Positions 10,321-19,979 of a DNA stretch of 64,000 bases are shown piece by piece (within the stretch, counting starts at the first letter, position 1; each line of letters begins with the position of its first letter). A model generated the notes under the pieces. That model saw only the letters and a program-made list of their open reading frames with translations. It was not told the origin of the DNA and made no database searches. Where the stretch lies: contig JBBQZX010000004.1 in the NCBI GenBank assembly GCA_038207335.1, positions 1 to 64,000 of the forward strand. The letters are read 5' to 3'. The translations under genes were made by a program, and so were the position numbers. The DNA comes from Chthoniobacterales bacterium (GTDB lineage Bacteria; Verrucomicrobiota; Verrucomicrobiia; Chthoniobacterales; Chthoniobacteraceae).

Positions 10321-10348
10321 CCTTGGAGATACGACTCTCAAGGTTACA
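10321..10348 (-). promoter_or_regulatory. Putative ECF autoregulatory promoter upstream of the sigma gene
   Basis: TGTAACC-N13-CTCCAAGG. Confidence 0.65.
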
Positions 10349-10374
10349 CACCGAGCTTCTACCCTGCATTCATG

Positions 10375-10434
10375 GGCGACCAGATGAAGTTCATCACCAT
10401 CTGCGACTACACCGGCATCATCGAGTGCGAGTTG
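10375..10434 (+). pseudogene. Short remnant of a DnaE2-like polymerase C-terminal OB domain
   Basis: GDQMKFITICDYTGIIECEL resembles the DnaE OB-fold 'MKFLTLxDxTGxxExxLF'. Confidence 0.5.
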
Positions 10435-10439
10435 AACTC

Positions 10440-10831
10440 GAAGCCACGGAAATCACCTCACATTTTTCTGCAAACGGCGAAGAGGGACTCGCATTCCCGG
10501 CTGAACTGCGCGGCATGTCCCTTGCCGCAGCAAACATCCTCTCCTCGTATGGAAAAATGTTCTGCAAGCTGCAGAGTTTTACAAAGCCCATTTGGATGAA
10601 GCAAAACTTAGGCAGGACAGTGCCCTCATATCCAAGTTGGTTGAACAATGGGCGGAGGAAAAGAAGAGCGGGCGACCGAAACGTCTCCGAGCCGACACTC
10701 AGCTCCACATATCTGAAATACAACGGCTCTACTCTGGTGTAATCGTCAAAATTCGCGACTCCATTAAATTTACCGCGCCGAGTTGGATCCGACGTTCACG
10801 TTTACCAGCACGTCGGAAGACGAAGGGCTGA
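10440..10831 (+). pseudogene. Remnant of a tyrosine-integrase N-terminal region
   Basis: NGEEGLAFPAELRGMSLAAANILSSYGK/(frameshift)VLQAAEFYKAHL..LVEQWAEEKKSG; lower GC; no catalytic domain. Confidence 0.4.
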
Positions 10832-10873
10832 CTCGGATTGCTTCCGTGGGAGCGGCAGACGACGGGCAGCGCG

Positions 10874-12874
10874 TTAACCGAAGTTTTCGAAGCTCGTAAT
10901 AGTGGGCGCGCCGCTCTTAAGGAATGTCACGTTGCGCTGATTGAGCGTGTCGGCGGCACCGACGCCGCCGTCGAAGACCGCAGCCGCGCCGAAGGTCGCG
11001 CGGTGTTCCGCGGCGCCGGCGATGCCGATAGTCAGGGTGGCGGGGTTGCTGGCACCGAGCTCGATCTGCACATCTTTGGTGAAGGTACTGGCGCGGTGGA
11101 GGATCGTGGCGAGCGTTTCGACGTTGATTGTGTCCTTGCCCGAGCCTGTGTTGATGGTCGTTTTCCCGCTCACCGAGAGGTCGTCGAAGGAGACGGTGTC
11201 GTCGCCGAGAATCCCAGAGAACGAGAGGGCGCCTTTTACCGTGAGGCCCTGGATGAGGCTGGTGGAACTCGTCTGCGCACTGGCGTCGAACTCCGCAAAG
11301 CCGCCGATGCTCAGCGGTGCGACGTGCCCGCCGAAGGTGATGCTGGCCGTATCGCCGGTGAGGACCACGGAAGCATTCCCCGCGATCTTGCCGCTGCCGG
11401 GCACCACGACGACCACCTCGTCCGTGCCGGCGCCGGCGGTGATCGCGAGATCGCCGCCGACGGTGAGCGTGCCGCGAACGTTGAGGGAAAAATAGCCCAG
11501 GCCCGTGTCGCCGGAGACGGTCAAGTCGTGGCCCACTTTCAAGGACCGCGCGGAATTCTGCGACTCCGATAGTTTGGCATCCGAATGGAACGTGAGGCTG
11601 CCGCCGATCGAAAAGGCACCCCCGCTAATCCCGCCGGTGAAAAAGGCGTCGTTCGTCACCAAGCTGACGTCTTTGCCGATGTGCGCGGTGCCACCTTGCA
11701 CCAGGGTGAGCAGTTGTCTGCTGCCGCCACCACCGGCATGAATGTCGATGCCGCCGCCGACGGTCAGGGCGCCCGGGGTTTGCAGGCGCACGTCGTAAGT
11801 TCCCGTTCCTCCCTGCACGCTAAAGTCTTTCTTCACGCTGAAAGAGGTCGCCGCGCCGAAGCTGATGTGCGGCCCGGTGGAAAACGAACCCGTACTCGTG
11901 ACACTGACCCCGCCGCCGATCCGCACCACATCGGACTGCACGTTGACCGTGGAGAGATCGGCCCCTCCGTGCTTCACGGTGAGATCGCCCCCGACTTGCA
12001 AAAGCCCCGCCGGATCAATCTCCACGTCGCCGCTCGTCGAGCCCACTTCGTCCACCAGCAGACTCCCTCCCACAATCACGAGATGGCTGCCTTTGCCAAT
12101 CGCAACGGGATCGCTGCCGTTGGTATTGCCGGTATGCACCTCGAGCGCACCGCCCACCTTCAATGTGCCGCCGGGCGAGATGGCGAAGGTCGAAATGCCG
12201 CTCCCATCGAGCATCGTCAGCGCCCCGCCCACGGAGAGCTGGCTCGGCGTGAGATTGAAGGTGCTCACGCCCGTGGAGCCGCCATCGAGCTTGAAATTCC
12301 CTTTGATCTTCACCGGCCCGCCACTGAAGAGCGCACTGTCCGCGGCGCTGCCGCCAATGAACGTGCAGTCGCCGCCGACAGTGAGACCGAGGCCACCGGT
12401 GTCGAAAAAGTTCTGCCCGTTGCCGGCAAGGACTGACAAATTGTGGCCGATGGTGACGCCGTCGAGAATGACCTGAGAGCCGTTGGCTCCGCCGTTCACA
12501 TTGACACTCCCGGCCACCTTGGCGTCGGTGAAGATGATCACGGCAAAGTCGCCGCCATTCACCGTCAGATCCTTGCCAAAGTGGATGTCGTGAAAGGTGA
12601 GGTTGTTTGCGCCGCCGGTCAGATTTGCCGTCACCACGCCCGTCACTCCTTTCAAAAAAACCGTGGCCGCGGGCGCGGCGGCTCCGACTTTGAAAAGCGT
12701 ATCCGTGGGACTCGTAAAAACCCACTCGCCGTTGGGCGCCTGCTCCACGTCAATGTACGGGCCGTTGCTATCGCCGCTGATCCCGAGATCGTGACCAGTG
12801 AGCGTGAGGGTCACGACCGACGCGGGAGCGATGCGGCTTTCGAGAAGCTCGATGTGGTTGTCGTGGTGCTGCAT
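10874..12874 (-). CDS. Secreted beta-strand repeat protein with LExRIAPA (LEPR-XLL-like) N-terminal motif
   Basis: MQHHDNHIELLESRIAPA followed by many 'VGGDLTV' G/T/V-rich repeats. Confidence 0.85.
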   Translation of the reverse strand: MQHHDNHIELLESRIAPASVVTLTLTGHDLGISGDSNGPYIDVEQAPNGEWVFTSPTDTLFKVGAAAPAATVFLKGVTGVVTANLTGGANNLTFHDIHFGKDLTVNGGDFAVIIFTDAKVAGSVNVNGGANGSQVILDGVTIGHNLSVLAGNGQNFFDTGGLGLTVGGDCTFIGGSAADSALFSGGPVKIKGNFKLDGGSTGVSTFNLTPSQLSVGGALTMLDGSGISTFAISPGGTLKVGGALEVHTGNTNGSDPVAIGKGSHLVIVGGSLLVDEVGSTSGDVEIDPAGLLQVGGDLTVKHGGADLSTVNVQSDVVRIGGGVSVTSTGSFSTGPHISFGAATSFSVKKDFSVQGGTGTYDVRLQTPGALTVGGGIDIHAGGGGSRQLLTLVQGGTAHIGKDVSLVTNDAFFTGGISGGAFSIGGSLTFHSDAKLSESQNSARSLKVGHDLTVSGDTGLGYFSLNVRGTLTVGGDLAITAGAGTDEVVVVVPGSGKIAGNASVVLTGDTASITFGGHVAPLSIGGFAEFDASAQTSSTSLIQGLTVKGALSFSGILGDDTVSFDDLSVSGKTTINTGSGKDTINVETLATILHRASTFTKDVQIELGASNPATLTIGIAGAAEHRATFGAAAVFDGGVGAADTLNQRNVTFLKSGAPTITSFENFG

Positions 12875-13466
12875 GGCCGGAATGTAAAGCAACAGAATTC
12901 TTACGCCATGCCTTTCGCCGCCGCTGGCGGTCCGCCGCCTTTTCCGGCCTTTCCGTCAGTGCAGGGTGCGGTCTTTGCGCGGGTGGGTTCAAGCCCGAAC
13001 TTGGTGTTCGCCGTCCGATTGATTGATTACTCTGCGTCCCAGTCAATACGCCTCGAACAACCCGCACTCGCACACATATGCCCTTTAGCGTGTCAGCTCG
13101 CGAAACACGGCAGATGGGGCGGAGCGTCGAGGGGAAACACGATTTTAAAGGAGAATCACAGTTCAAACCATTGTTCGCATCTACCGAGAAAATCTGAGGC
13201 TGAACGTGCGCAGCAAACGGATTGAGAAATTCTCGGACGCCTCGGACGGGTGTTTTCAAGTAGCGGTGAGAAAAACCGTGAGGGATGCACTCCAAAGACG
13301 AAAGTCATGTCGGTGAAGTGGAGTGTTCGAAGCGAAATAATTTTCATCAGCTTATCGATGTCGCCAATTGGCTGTATTTTACAACACCAGCCAAAACGTT
13401 CGCAAACCCCGCATTCATCAACATTCCAGGCGTTTTAATGAACCTCAGCGTTTCGGTATAACATCG

Positions 13467-13513
13467 GTTTCGTAAACAGCAGGTCATGGGTTCGAATCCC
13501 ATTACTGGCCCCA
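13467..13513 (+). mobile_element. att-like site: 3' half of tRNA-Thr(CGT) only
   Basis: GTTTCGTAAACAGCAGGTCATGGGTTCGAATCCCATTACTGGCCCCA has anticodon loop, T-arm and CCA; 5' acceptor strand (GCCAGTA) and D-arm absent. Confidence 0.85.
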
Positions 13514-13934
13514 TCTTCCGATCCTTTGTTAGTGAAGTTTGCGGGTGACGGAAGATAGTCCGAGGCGAGCAGGACTTTTTTTTGCTTGGACCTTTACCAC
13601 TCCCCAAAAACAAGCGCGCCGGGCTTCGGATCGTCGCTCTTGGTCGTCTAACCGCTTCTTCTCGGCACCTCGGACGATAAATGCTTCCCCTCACCACGCC
13701 CCGGCTTTCTGAGCGCTAACGCCGCGAGTATCTAGTCGGCCGCGGCCTGAGCCTACGCAAAATCAGCCTGCACCTGCGAGCGAAAGTAGTGTGACAGAGA
13801 CGCCTGAATGGCAACTCCGCGCTGCGAATTCCGCAGCACAGCCGAAGCAGAACGGGTTTGCAGAGTTCGGTCGGAAACCTGGCGCAGGCGCAGACGGTTT
13901 CGGGTAATCGGGCGGCACTGGGAGGCGCGAGCCG

Positions 13935-14117
13935 ATGTTTTTTTTGATCGAGCGGCTCATCCTCATGGAAGTCGTGAGTTACGACTGGAACTGCCCGAAA
14001 TACATCACCCAGCGCTTTACCGTGGCGGAGGTCGAAGCACACATCGCACCGCTCAAGGCGCAAAGCGCAGAGTTGAAGAACAACTTCTCCACACCACTCG
14101 TTGAACCGAGAACGTAG
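13935..14117 (+). pseudogene. C-terminal fragment of a pyridoxamine 5'-phosphate oxidase-like FMN-binding protein
   Basis: ERLILMEVVSYDWNCPKYITQRFTVAEV..APLK; N-terminal part missing. Confidence 0.65.
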
Positions 14118-14134
14118 GCCCTCCTTAAGTGCAA

Positions 14135-14209
14135 TGGTTGCGGGGACCGGACTCGAACCGACAACCTCCAGCGCATGAGGCTGGCGAGCTGCCGCTGCTC
14201 CACCCCACG
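14135..14209 (-). tRNA. tRNA-Met(CAT), atypical initiator-like
   Basis: Full cloverleaf CGTGGGG..GAGC/GCTC..CCAGC-CTCATGC-GCTGG..GGTTCGAGTCC..CCCCGCAACCA; C1xA72. Confidence 0.8.
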
Positions 14210-14223
14210 ATTTCGTGGCTGAT

Positions 14224-14310
14224 CTACTTCCCAGCCCGCTTGCCGGAGAGCGCGTGCCAAAAGGCACTCCGCCCGGCGCTGCATCTTCCAGCTCTGGTGT
14301 TGATGGCCGA
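14224..14310 (-). repeat. Degenerate 3' end of unknown gene X, copy 1
   Basis: KMQRRAECLLARALRQAGW; homologous to 15783-15860 and 18626-18722. Confidence 0.7.
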
Positions 14311-14566
14311 TGCGGCCGCGAGAGAGGCAGGGCTTGAAGATGAAGCGCTCAGGCCATCCCTTTTTTCCAGCCAGTGTGAAGACGAATCTCGCCGACCACA
14401 CCGGCTCGATCAATTTTGTGCCGGGTCGCTTCCTTTCGCGACGCTGCTGACTGACGATCAACTCGGCTTCGTTTCGTTCATTCAGGCAAACGGGAAGGAC
14501 GTTGGCTAAGGGTGCTGACCCTGTGCTACACCGTTTTTAGCGGGCCTTCGCGTGCTGCGTTCGGGA

Positions 14567-15715
14567 TCACTCTTCGAGATGCACCGAGTCCATGATGCGG
14601 TCGATCTCCTGTTTCAATTCCGGGGCGGTATCGATGTTGGTCGTGAACGTGACTTCCAAAAGCTGGCCTTTGTAGGAAGTGGTCAGGAAGCGGGTGTAAA
14701 CCGGACTGTTGCGGTAATCCTTCGATCCCTTCTTCATCGGGACGTAACGCCAGTCGGCCCACGGGCGGCTACCGATGGTCACGATGTCCTTGCGCAGCCA
14801 CGTCAGCGGCGTGTCGTTCGGGAGCCAGTTGAATCCCTTGGAATACTCCGTCACCCGCTTTTTGAGATAATTCGGGAGTTGCTCCGGCGTGAGCCCGTGA
14901 GTTCCTTGCAACACCTCTCCCCACGCACCGCTCGCCCGCGAGAATTTTGCCAGCGTCTTCGGCGTTTTGGGATCATCCGGATCGCGGGAAAAGTCGGGCG
15001 GCAGGACTAGGGTGAGTTTGCCGTCCAGCAACCGGACCGTCGGGCCGGTCGCGGATTTGCCCGCAGTGTCGGTGGAGGCCACGGGCGTTTTGGCGGGCGC
15101 GCTTTCGTCCTTCGTCTCCACTAGATTCACCGCCACCAGATAGCTGAACCGCACCGTCACCGTCGCCACGCGGGCACCGAGTTTCGTCGGCCCGGAGATT
15201 TCGGAAAGCAGCGGCAGCGTTTCGCTCTTCTCGCTCATATATTTGCCGAAGGTGAACCGCGCCCCATTCCCGCCACGCGATTTCGCTTCCTGGTAGATGA
15301 ACTGCTCGCGCTCGCCCTCGCTCTTTGTGGTCACAAATTCCAGCGGCGGTTCGGCGTTCAGCTTTCCGTCTATCAATCCCACCCAGTTGTTCAGGCGCTG
15401 GGCGGTTGGCGCATCCACGGGCTTGCCTGTTTCTCCCCAGTCGTTCGAGGCCAGCCAGCCCGGGCTTTTATTCCGCACAAATTCGCCATCCCCGGCCTGC
15501 ACCCGTTCCGGTCCGCCCTTGGGATAACGGTCGTATTTGAAGCGCGTGACATTCCCTTTGCCGAAATCGAGCGTTGTGATCGCGACCAGATGCACCTTCG
15601 TATAAGTCTCGCGGCTATACTTGAGACTCTCCGCCGCCTTCATCGCATCCTGAGCGTGTAGGCAGGTAAGGGTGACAAACCCCGCGAAAACCGTTCCGAG
15701 CAATCGGCGCTTCAT
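14567..15715 (-). CDS. Hypothetical secreted protein
   Basis: 382-aa ORF with a signal peptide and natural composition. Confidence 0.75.
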   Translation of the reverse strand: MKRRLLGTVFAGFVTLTCLHAQDAMKAAESLKYSRETYTKVHLVAITTLDFGKGNVTRFKYDRYPKGGPERVQAGDGEFVRNKSPGWLASNDWGETGKPVDAPTAQRLNNWVGLIDGKLNAEPPLEFVTTKSEGEREQFIYQEAKSRGGNGARFTFGKYMSEKSETLPLLSEISGPTKLGARVATVTVRFSYLVAVNLVETKDESAPAKTPVASTDTAGKSATGPTVRLLDGKLTLVLPPDFSRDPDDPKTPKTLAKFSRASGAWGEVLQGTHGLTPEQLPNYLKKRVTEYSKGFNWLPNDTPLTWLRKDIVTIGSRPWADWRYVPMKKGSKDYRNSPVYTRFLTTSYKGQLLEVTFTTNIDTAPELKQEIDRIMDSVHLEE

Positions 15716-15782
15716 GTCGTCGAGCCTAGGGCCGGGCTGCCTCGGCCTTCAATCCGTGAGGCTCTTGCGCAAGCTGCGGCAT

Positions 15783-15860
15783 TTAGCGCTAGCTCGCGCG
15801 GCGCAAAGCGCGTGCAAGAAGAAACTCCGCCCGGCGCATCTTCCGGCCCCGGATGTTGCT
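15783..15860 (-). repeat. Degenerate 3' end of unknown gene X, copy 2
   Basis: SNIRGRKM-RRAEFLLARALRRAS*R*. Confidence 0.7.
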
Positions 15861-15880
15861 CAGTAACGCCTGGCGCTGAG

Positions 15881-16774
15881 TCATCCGCGCAACGTCTTCG
15901 CGAAAAATTCCACCGTCCGCGACCAAGCGAGTTTTGCCGCGGCTTCGTCGTAGCGAGGCGTAGTGTCGTTGTGAAAGCCGTGGTTCGCTCCCGCATACAT
16001 GTGCTCCGTGTATTTGATGCCGGCGCTCTTCAACGCGGCTTCGTAGGCCGGCCAGCCTTCATTCACACGCTGATCGAGTTCCGCGTAGTGCAGCAGCAGC
16101 GAAGCCTTGATCTTCGGCACGTCCTCGGCCGCTGGCTGACGGCCATAAAATGGGACGGCCGCGACAATGATTTTCGGCAATCGCACCGCAAGTGTATTCG
16201 CCATTCCGCCCCCGAAACAAAAGCCCACGACGCCGACCTTCCCATCGCAACCCGGATGCTGTTGCAGCCATTGTGCGCCGGCGATGAAATCCTCGGTGAT
16301 TTCCTCCGGCTTGCGTTTTGCCTGCATCGTCTTGCCTTCCTCGTCATTGCCCGGATAGCCGCCAAGCGGAGTCAGCGCATCGGGACCGAATGCCATGTAA
16401 CCTTCAACCGCTAGGCGGCGCACCACGTCCTCGATGTAAGGATTCAGCCCGCGGTTCTCGTGAACGACGAGCACGGCCGGGCGCTTCTTTTCAGCGCCGA
16501 CCGGGCGCGCAAGATAGCCGCGCATTTTCCCCGCGCCTTTCGGTGAAGGATATTCAGCATATTCAGTCTTGAGGCGGGCGTCATCTTTCGCGATTTGCTC
16601 AGCCAGAGCGTAGTTGGGGCTGAGCGCTCCGAGGATGGCGGCAGCCGTCACCCCGGCGACGGCGAATTTTGAAACGCGATCCAAAAAGTCGCGGCGCGTG
16701 ATGCGGCTGTGGGCGTAATCGTCGTAGAGATCGAGGACTCGTTGGTCGAAATCTGCGGAGGTTTTTCGGGACAT
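15881..16774 (-). CDS. Dienelactone hydrolase family protein (YghX-like)
   Basis: [38 protein letters not shown]. Confidence 0.92.
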   Translation of the reverse strand: MSRKTSADFDQRVLDLYDDYAHSRITRRDFLDRVSKFAVAGVTAAAILGALSPNYALAEQIAKDDARLKTEYAEYPSPKGAGKMRGYLARPVGAEKKRPAVLVVHENRGLNPYIEDVVRRLAVEGYMAFGPDALTPLGGYPGNDEEGKTMQAKRKPEEITEDFIAGAQWLQQHPGCDGKVGVVGFCFGGGMANTLAVRLPKIIVAAVPFYGRQPAAEDVPKIKASLLLHYAELDQRVNEGWPAYEAALKSAGIKYTEHMYAGANHGFHNDTTPRYDEAAAKLAWSRTVEFFAKTLRG

Positions 16775-16893
16775 GGGTTCGGAGCGTAGAGGTTGTGGTT
16801 TGGGTTGGAAAGGTCTCGGGCAGCGTCCTACGTTTCGCCTCGCCGGCACTCATCCGATCGCAAGTTGCGGCATCTCACATTCATCATTCCAGC

Positions 16894-18042
16894 ATGAAAA
16901 CACCCGCCCTCACTTTCGCCGTTATCGCTATCATTCTCGCCTTTTGCACCAGTCTGCGTGCGCAAGGCGCAGCGCCGGCCATCACAGGCGCTGACGCAAA
17001 AGCTACACCTATGGCAAGCAAGGCGACTGGAGAAATCGCAGACGCCGCGAAGAAATTTCTCGCCAAGCTCGATGAGGCCCAACGAGCGAAGGTCGCTTAT
17101 GGTTTCAAGGACGATGAGCAGCGCAAGCGCTGGTCAAATCTTCCGACTTCATTCGTCAAACGCGCGGGCTTGCGCATGGGTGATCTTACCCCGCCGCAGC
17201 GTGACGCGGCGATGGCCGTGGTGGCTGCGGCGCTGAGTGCGCAGGGCTACGAGAAAGTTCTGCAAATCATGGGGGGAGACGAAACGCTGAAGAAAAACGA
17301 TCGTGGCGGACGCGGCGGGCAACCTGGTGGCGGACCGGGTGGACCGGGGCTTGGTGGCAGCGGACGAGGCGGGCCTGGCAGCGGCGGACCCGGCGGGGCG
17401 ACCTTTGGCCGCGATGAGTATTACATCTCCTTCCTGGGGCTGCCTTCCGCGAGCGCGCCGTGGATGATCCAATTCGGCGGGCATCACCTCGCGATCAACA
17501 TTACCCTCGTCGGCGAGCAGGGCACGCTCGCGCCCAGTCACACCGCAGCGCAGCCGGCAGTTTACGAAATCGAGGGCAAGACCGTGCGCCCCCTCGGTCG
17601 CGAGACGGAGAAGGGGTTTGCCCTGTTCAGTTCGCTCGACGAAGCGCAGCGCAAGCAGGCCGTCATCGGCGCGGAGATGCACGACCTCGTGCTCGGTCCC
17701 GGCCGCGATGGCTAGACGATCGAACCCGAAGGCGCCAAAGGATCGGACTTAACGGAGAAGCAGCGTGAAATGCTGCTGGACCTCGCGAGCGAATGGACCG
17801 GCATCGCGCACGAAGCCGTCGCGAAAGCAAAGATGGACGAGATTAAAAAGAACGTCGCCGAGACATGGTTCGCTTAGAGCGGCCCGACGGAAAAGGGCGG
17901 CGCCGCTTACTTCCGCATCTAGGGGCCGACGGTCGTCATCGAATACGCGCCGCAGCGTCTGGGCGGCGACCCGACCAATCACATCCACACCATTTACCGC
18001 GATCCAACTAACGACTACGGAGCCAAGTGGCGTAAGCGGTGA
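16894..18042 (+). pseudogene. DUF3500-family protein with three in-frame TAG stops
   Basis: QFGGHHLAIN..HIHTIYRDPTNDYG; TAG at 17713, 17875, 17920 with no frameshift. Confidence 0.85.
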
Positions 18043-18601
18043 CCGCGCCACTCCGCAGTCTGCTTCTGCTGGCTTGGCTGGCGCTTCCGTCCGCCGTTTT
18101 CGCCCAACGACTCGACGAATATCTGCAGGCCGCGCTGGTGGTAATCGAGCCCGACAGAGTCCGCCTTCAGATCAATCTCATGCCCGGCGTGGCTGTCGCC
18201 GACGAAGTGCTCGCCGAATCGACCGCGACGGCAACGGCGCCATCTCAACGGAGGAAGCAGCAGCCTATGCCGAGGCTTTGAACAGCGACCTGACGGTTCG
18301 CCTCGACCAGCAGAACGTCGAATTGCATCTCATCGGCTCCGACTTTCCCGCGACCGCCGAACTCCGCACCGGGGTGGGAGTCATCCAGTTGGAATTTTCC
18401 GCAAAGGCCAGGCCGCTCGCCGCCGGTGCACACAAGCTCGCGCTCGAGAGTCGGCATCTGCCGAAAGTGAGCGTGTATCTCTTCAACGCCGCAAAGCCCA
18501 AGTCCGGCTCGGTCCAGATCACTTCGCAAAAACGGAACCGAAACCAGAGCACCGGCGAGATCGAATTTGCCTTTAACGCGCTGGCGAACACTCCTCAATA
18601 A
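18039..18601 (+). pseudogene. Secreted 'HRLDEYLQA'-type protein (HupE/UreJ-associated N-domain), frameshifted
   Basis: QRLDEYLQA..PGVAVADEVLAE, 1-nt deletion at ~18217, then IDRDGNGAIS..SVYLFNA. Confidence 0.7.
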
Positions 18602-18625
18602 CCCAAGCGCGGAGACGATTTGGGT

Positions 18626-18722
18626 TTACTTCCAGCCCACTTATCGGAGAGCATGTGTTAAAAGGAACTCCACCCGGCGCAGCATCTTCTTTCCCAGAAT
18701 GTTGATGCCCGGCTAGATGCGG
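18626..18722 (-). repeat. Degenerate 3' end of unknown gene X, copy 3
   Basis: GINILGKKMLRRVEFLLTHALR*VGWK*. Confidence 0.7.
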
Positions 18723-19040
18723 CGGTCGTAGCTCTCGACGTCAGTCACCTATTTCACCGCGCTGATAAGGATTTTGCGGAACACTCGGAACGTGTTGGCC
18801 ACTGCCGCGGATGTACGCTTGGAACCGTCGCGACGACTTCCATCACGAAGCCGCGCGCCGAGTTCGCGCCGCGACGGTGGGAACGACCCATGTGCGAGGT
18901 GTGAAGTTCGCCACATCATCGGAGCATGCGGAGCCATCCGCAGTGGTGTGGGAAGAACCGCCCGCGAAATAGATCTGGGTGATCCGGGTGAGCCCCGGGC
19001 AGTCGGGTGTCGACCCGTGCGCAGTTAGACAGGAGCGCAA

Positions 19041-19600
19041 TCAGTGCTTCTTCACCTCGGGCAGCATGGAGGGAAAGACCGACCGATAATCGATCTTTTC
19101 CTCTGCAGAGAGCTTGCGGCGCACCACCCAGCGGGCGGCATCGACGATCATGGGATTGTTGCCCAGCCTCTTGTGAAACTCGGGATGGTCGCTGAATAAA
19201 ACGTAGCGTCCCTCGCCAAAGGTTCCGGCGAGGATGGCGGGGGTGCCGGGCATGATGCCGCCGGGAGCGCCTTGTTTCTTCACGTCTGTCACTTAATGCG
19301 CCAGCGCCACCGTCTGGCCAAATCCCGGCTCCTCCGTGATCTTCCACAGCGGGCCGTTTGCGTAAAACATCGTCCGAGGACCGAGCCCTTCCGCCGCGGG
19401 AGCTACCTGAACATCGGCGGTTCCACGGGCCCAGCGACCGTTTTCCGTATCGATACAGACCGCGTTGACGATCTCGATATAACGCAGGGCGTCATTATGC
19501 CCGCGCACGAACGAGTAGCCACCGGCGCAACTGCCCAGCACCCCGCCGCCCGCTTTGACGAAGGCCTCGACGTTCCAAAATTCGTTTTCCCCATCGTTCC
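19041..19600 (-). pseudogene. BPL-N / glutamine-amidotransferase-like domain fragment
   Basis: FVKAGGGVLGSCAGGY..YANGP..GEGRYVLFSDHPE; internal TAA at 19293; 5' truncated. Confidence 0.7.
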
Positions 19601-19979
19601 ATAGCGCCCGAAGTGAGCGGAACCCTTTGGGAACGCTCATCCCCGGAAGACTCCGTTTCCTTTGATGAGTGACGACTTCGATCGCAGTCCCCTGCTCGCC
19701 CGCCCCCAAATCCCGCGCCCTCCCCTCGATGCCGCACCCATCGCCCGCCTCGCCGACGCTCCTCATGCCCCCTGTTTCACCTTGCAGGCGAGTCCAAACA
19801 AAGTCCGATTGCCAACTTCGTGCACCTCCCCATACTGAGCTCACCGACCCTGCGATACCCCCATCCCTTTTGCTCAAGATCCCGCCACTTCACGTTAGGC
19901 GTCGCGCGCGCGGCCCGAGTACCGAAAGCCAAGACGAGCCGCCTAACTTCCCCGGGAATCCAAAGTTAAAGATGCTGGC

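Noticed and set aside
13437..13513. Complete tRNA-Thr gene
   Set aside because: No 5' acceptor strand or D-arm, and the anticodon stem cannot pair; treated as an att fragment.
17713..17922. Amber recoding (pyrrolysine or alternative genetic code)
   Set aside because: Sites correspond to different residues, TAG terminates normal genes here, and no pyl genes are seen.
19894..19947. GTTAGGCG...CGCCTAAC (also near 1520-1586) as attC sites
   Set aside because: Boxes are in the wrong order for an attC and there is no internal L-box symmetry.
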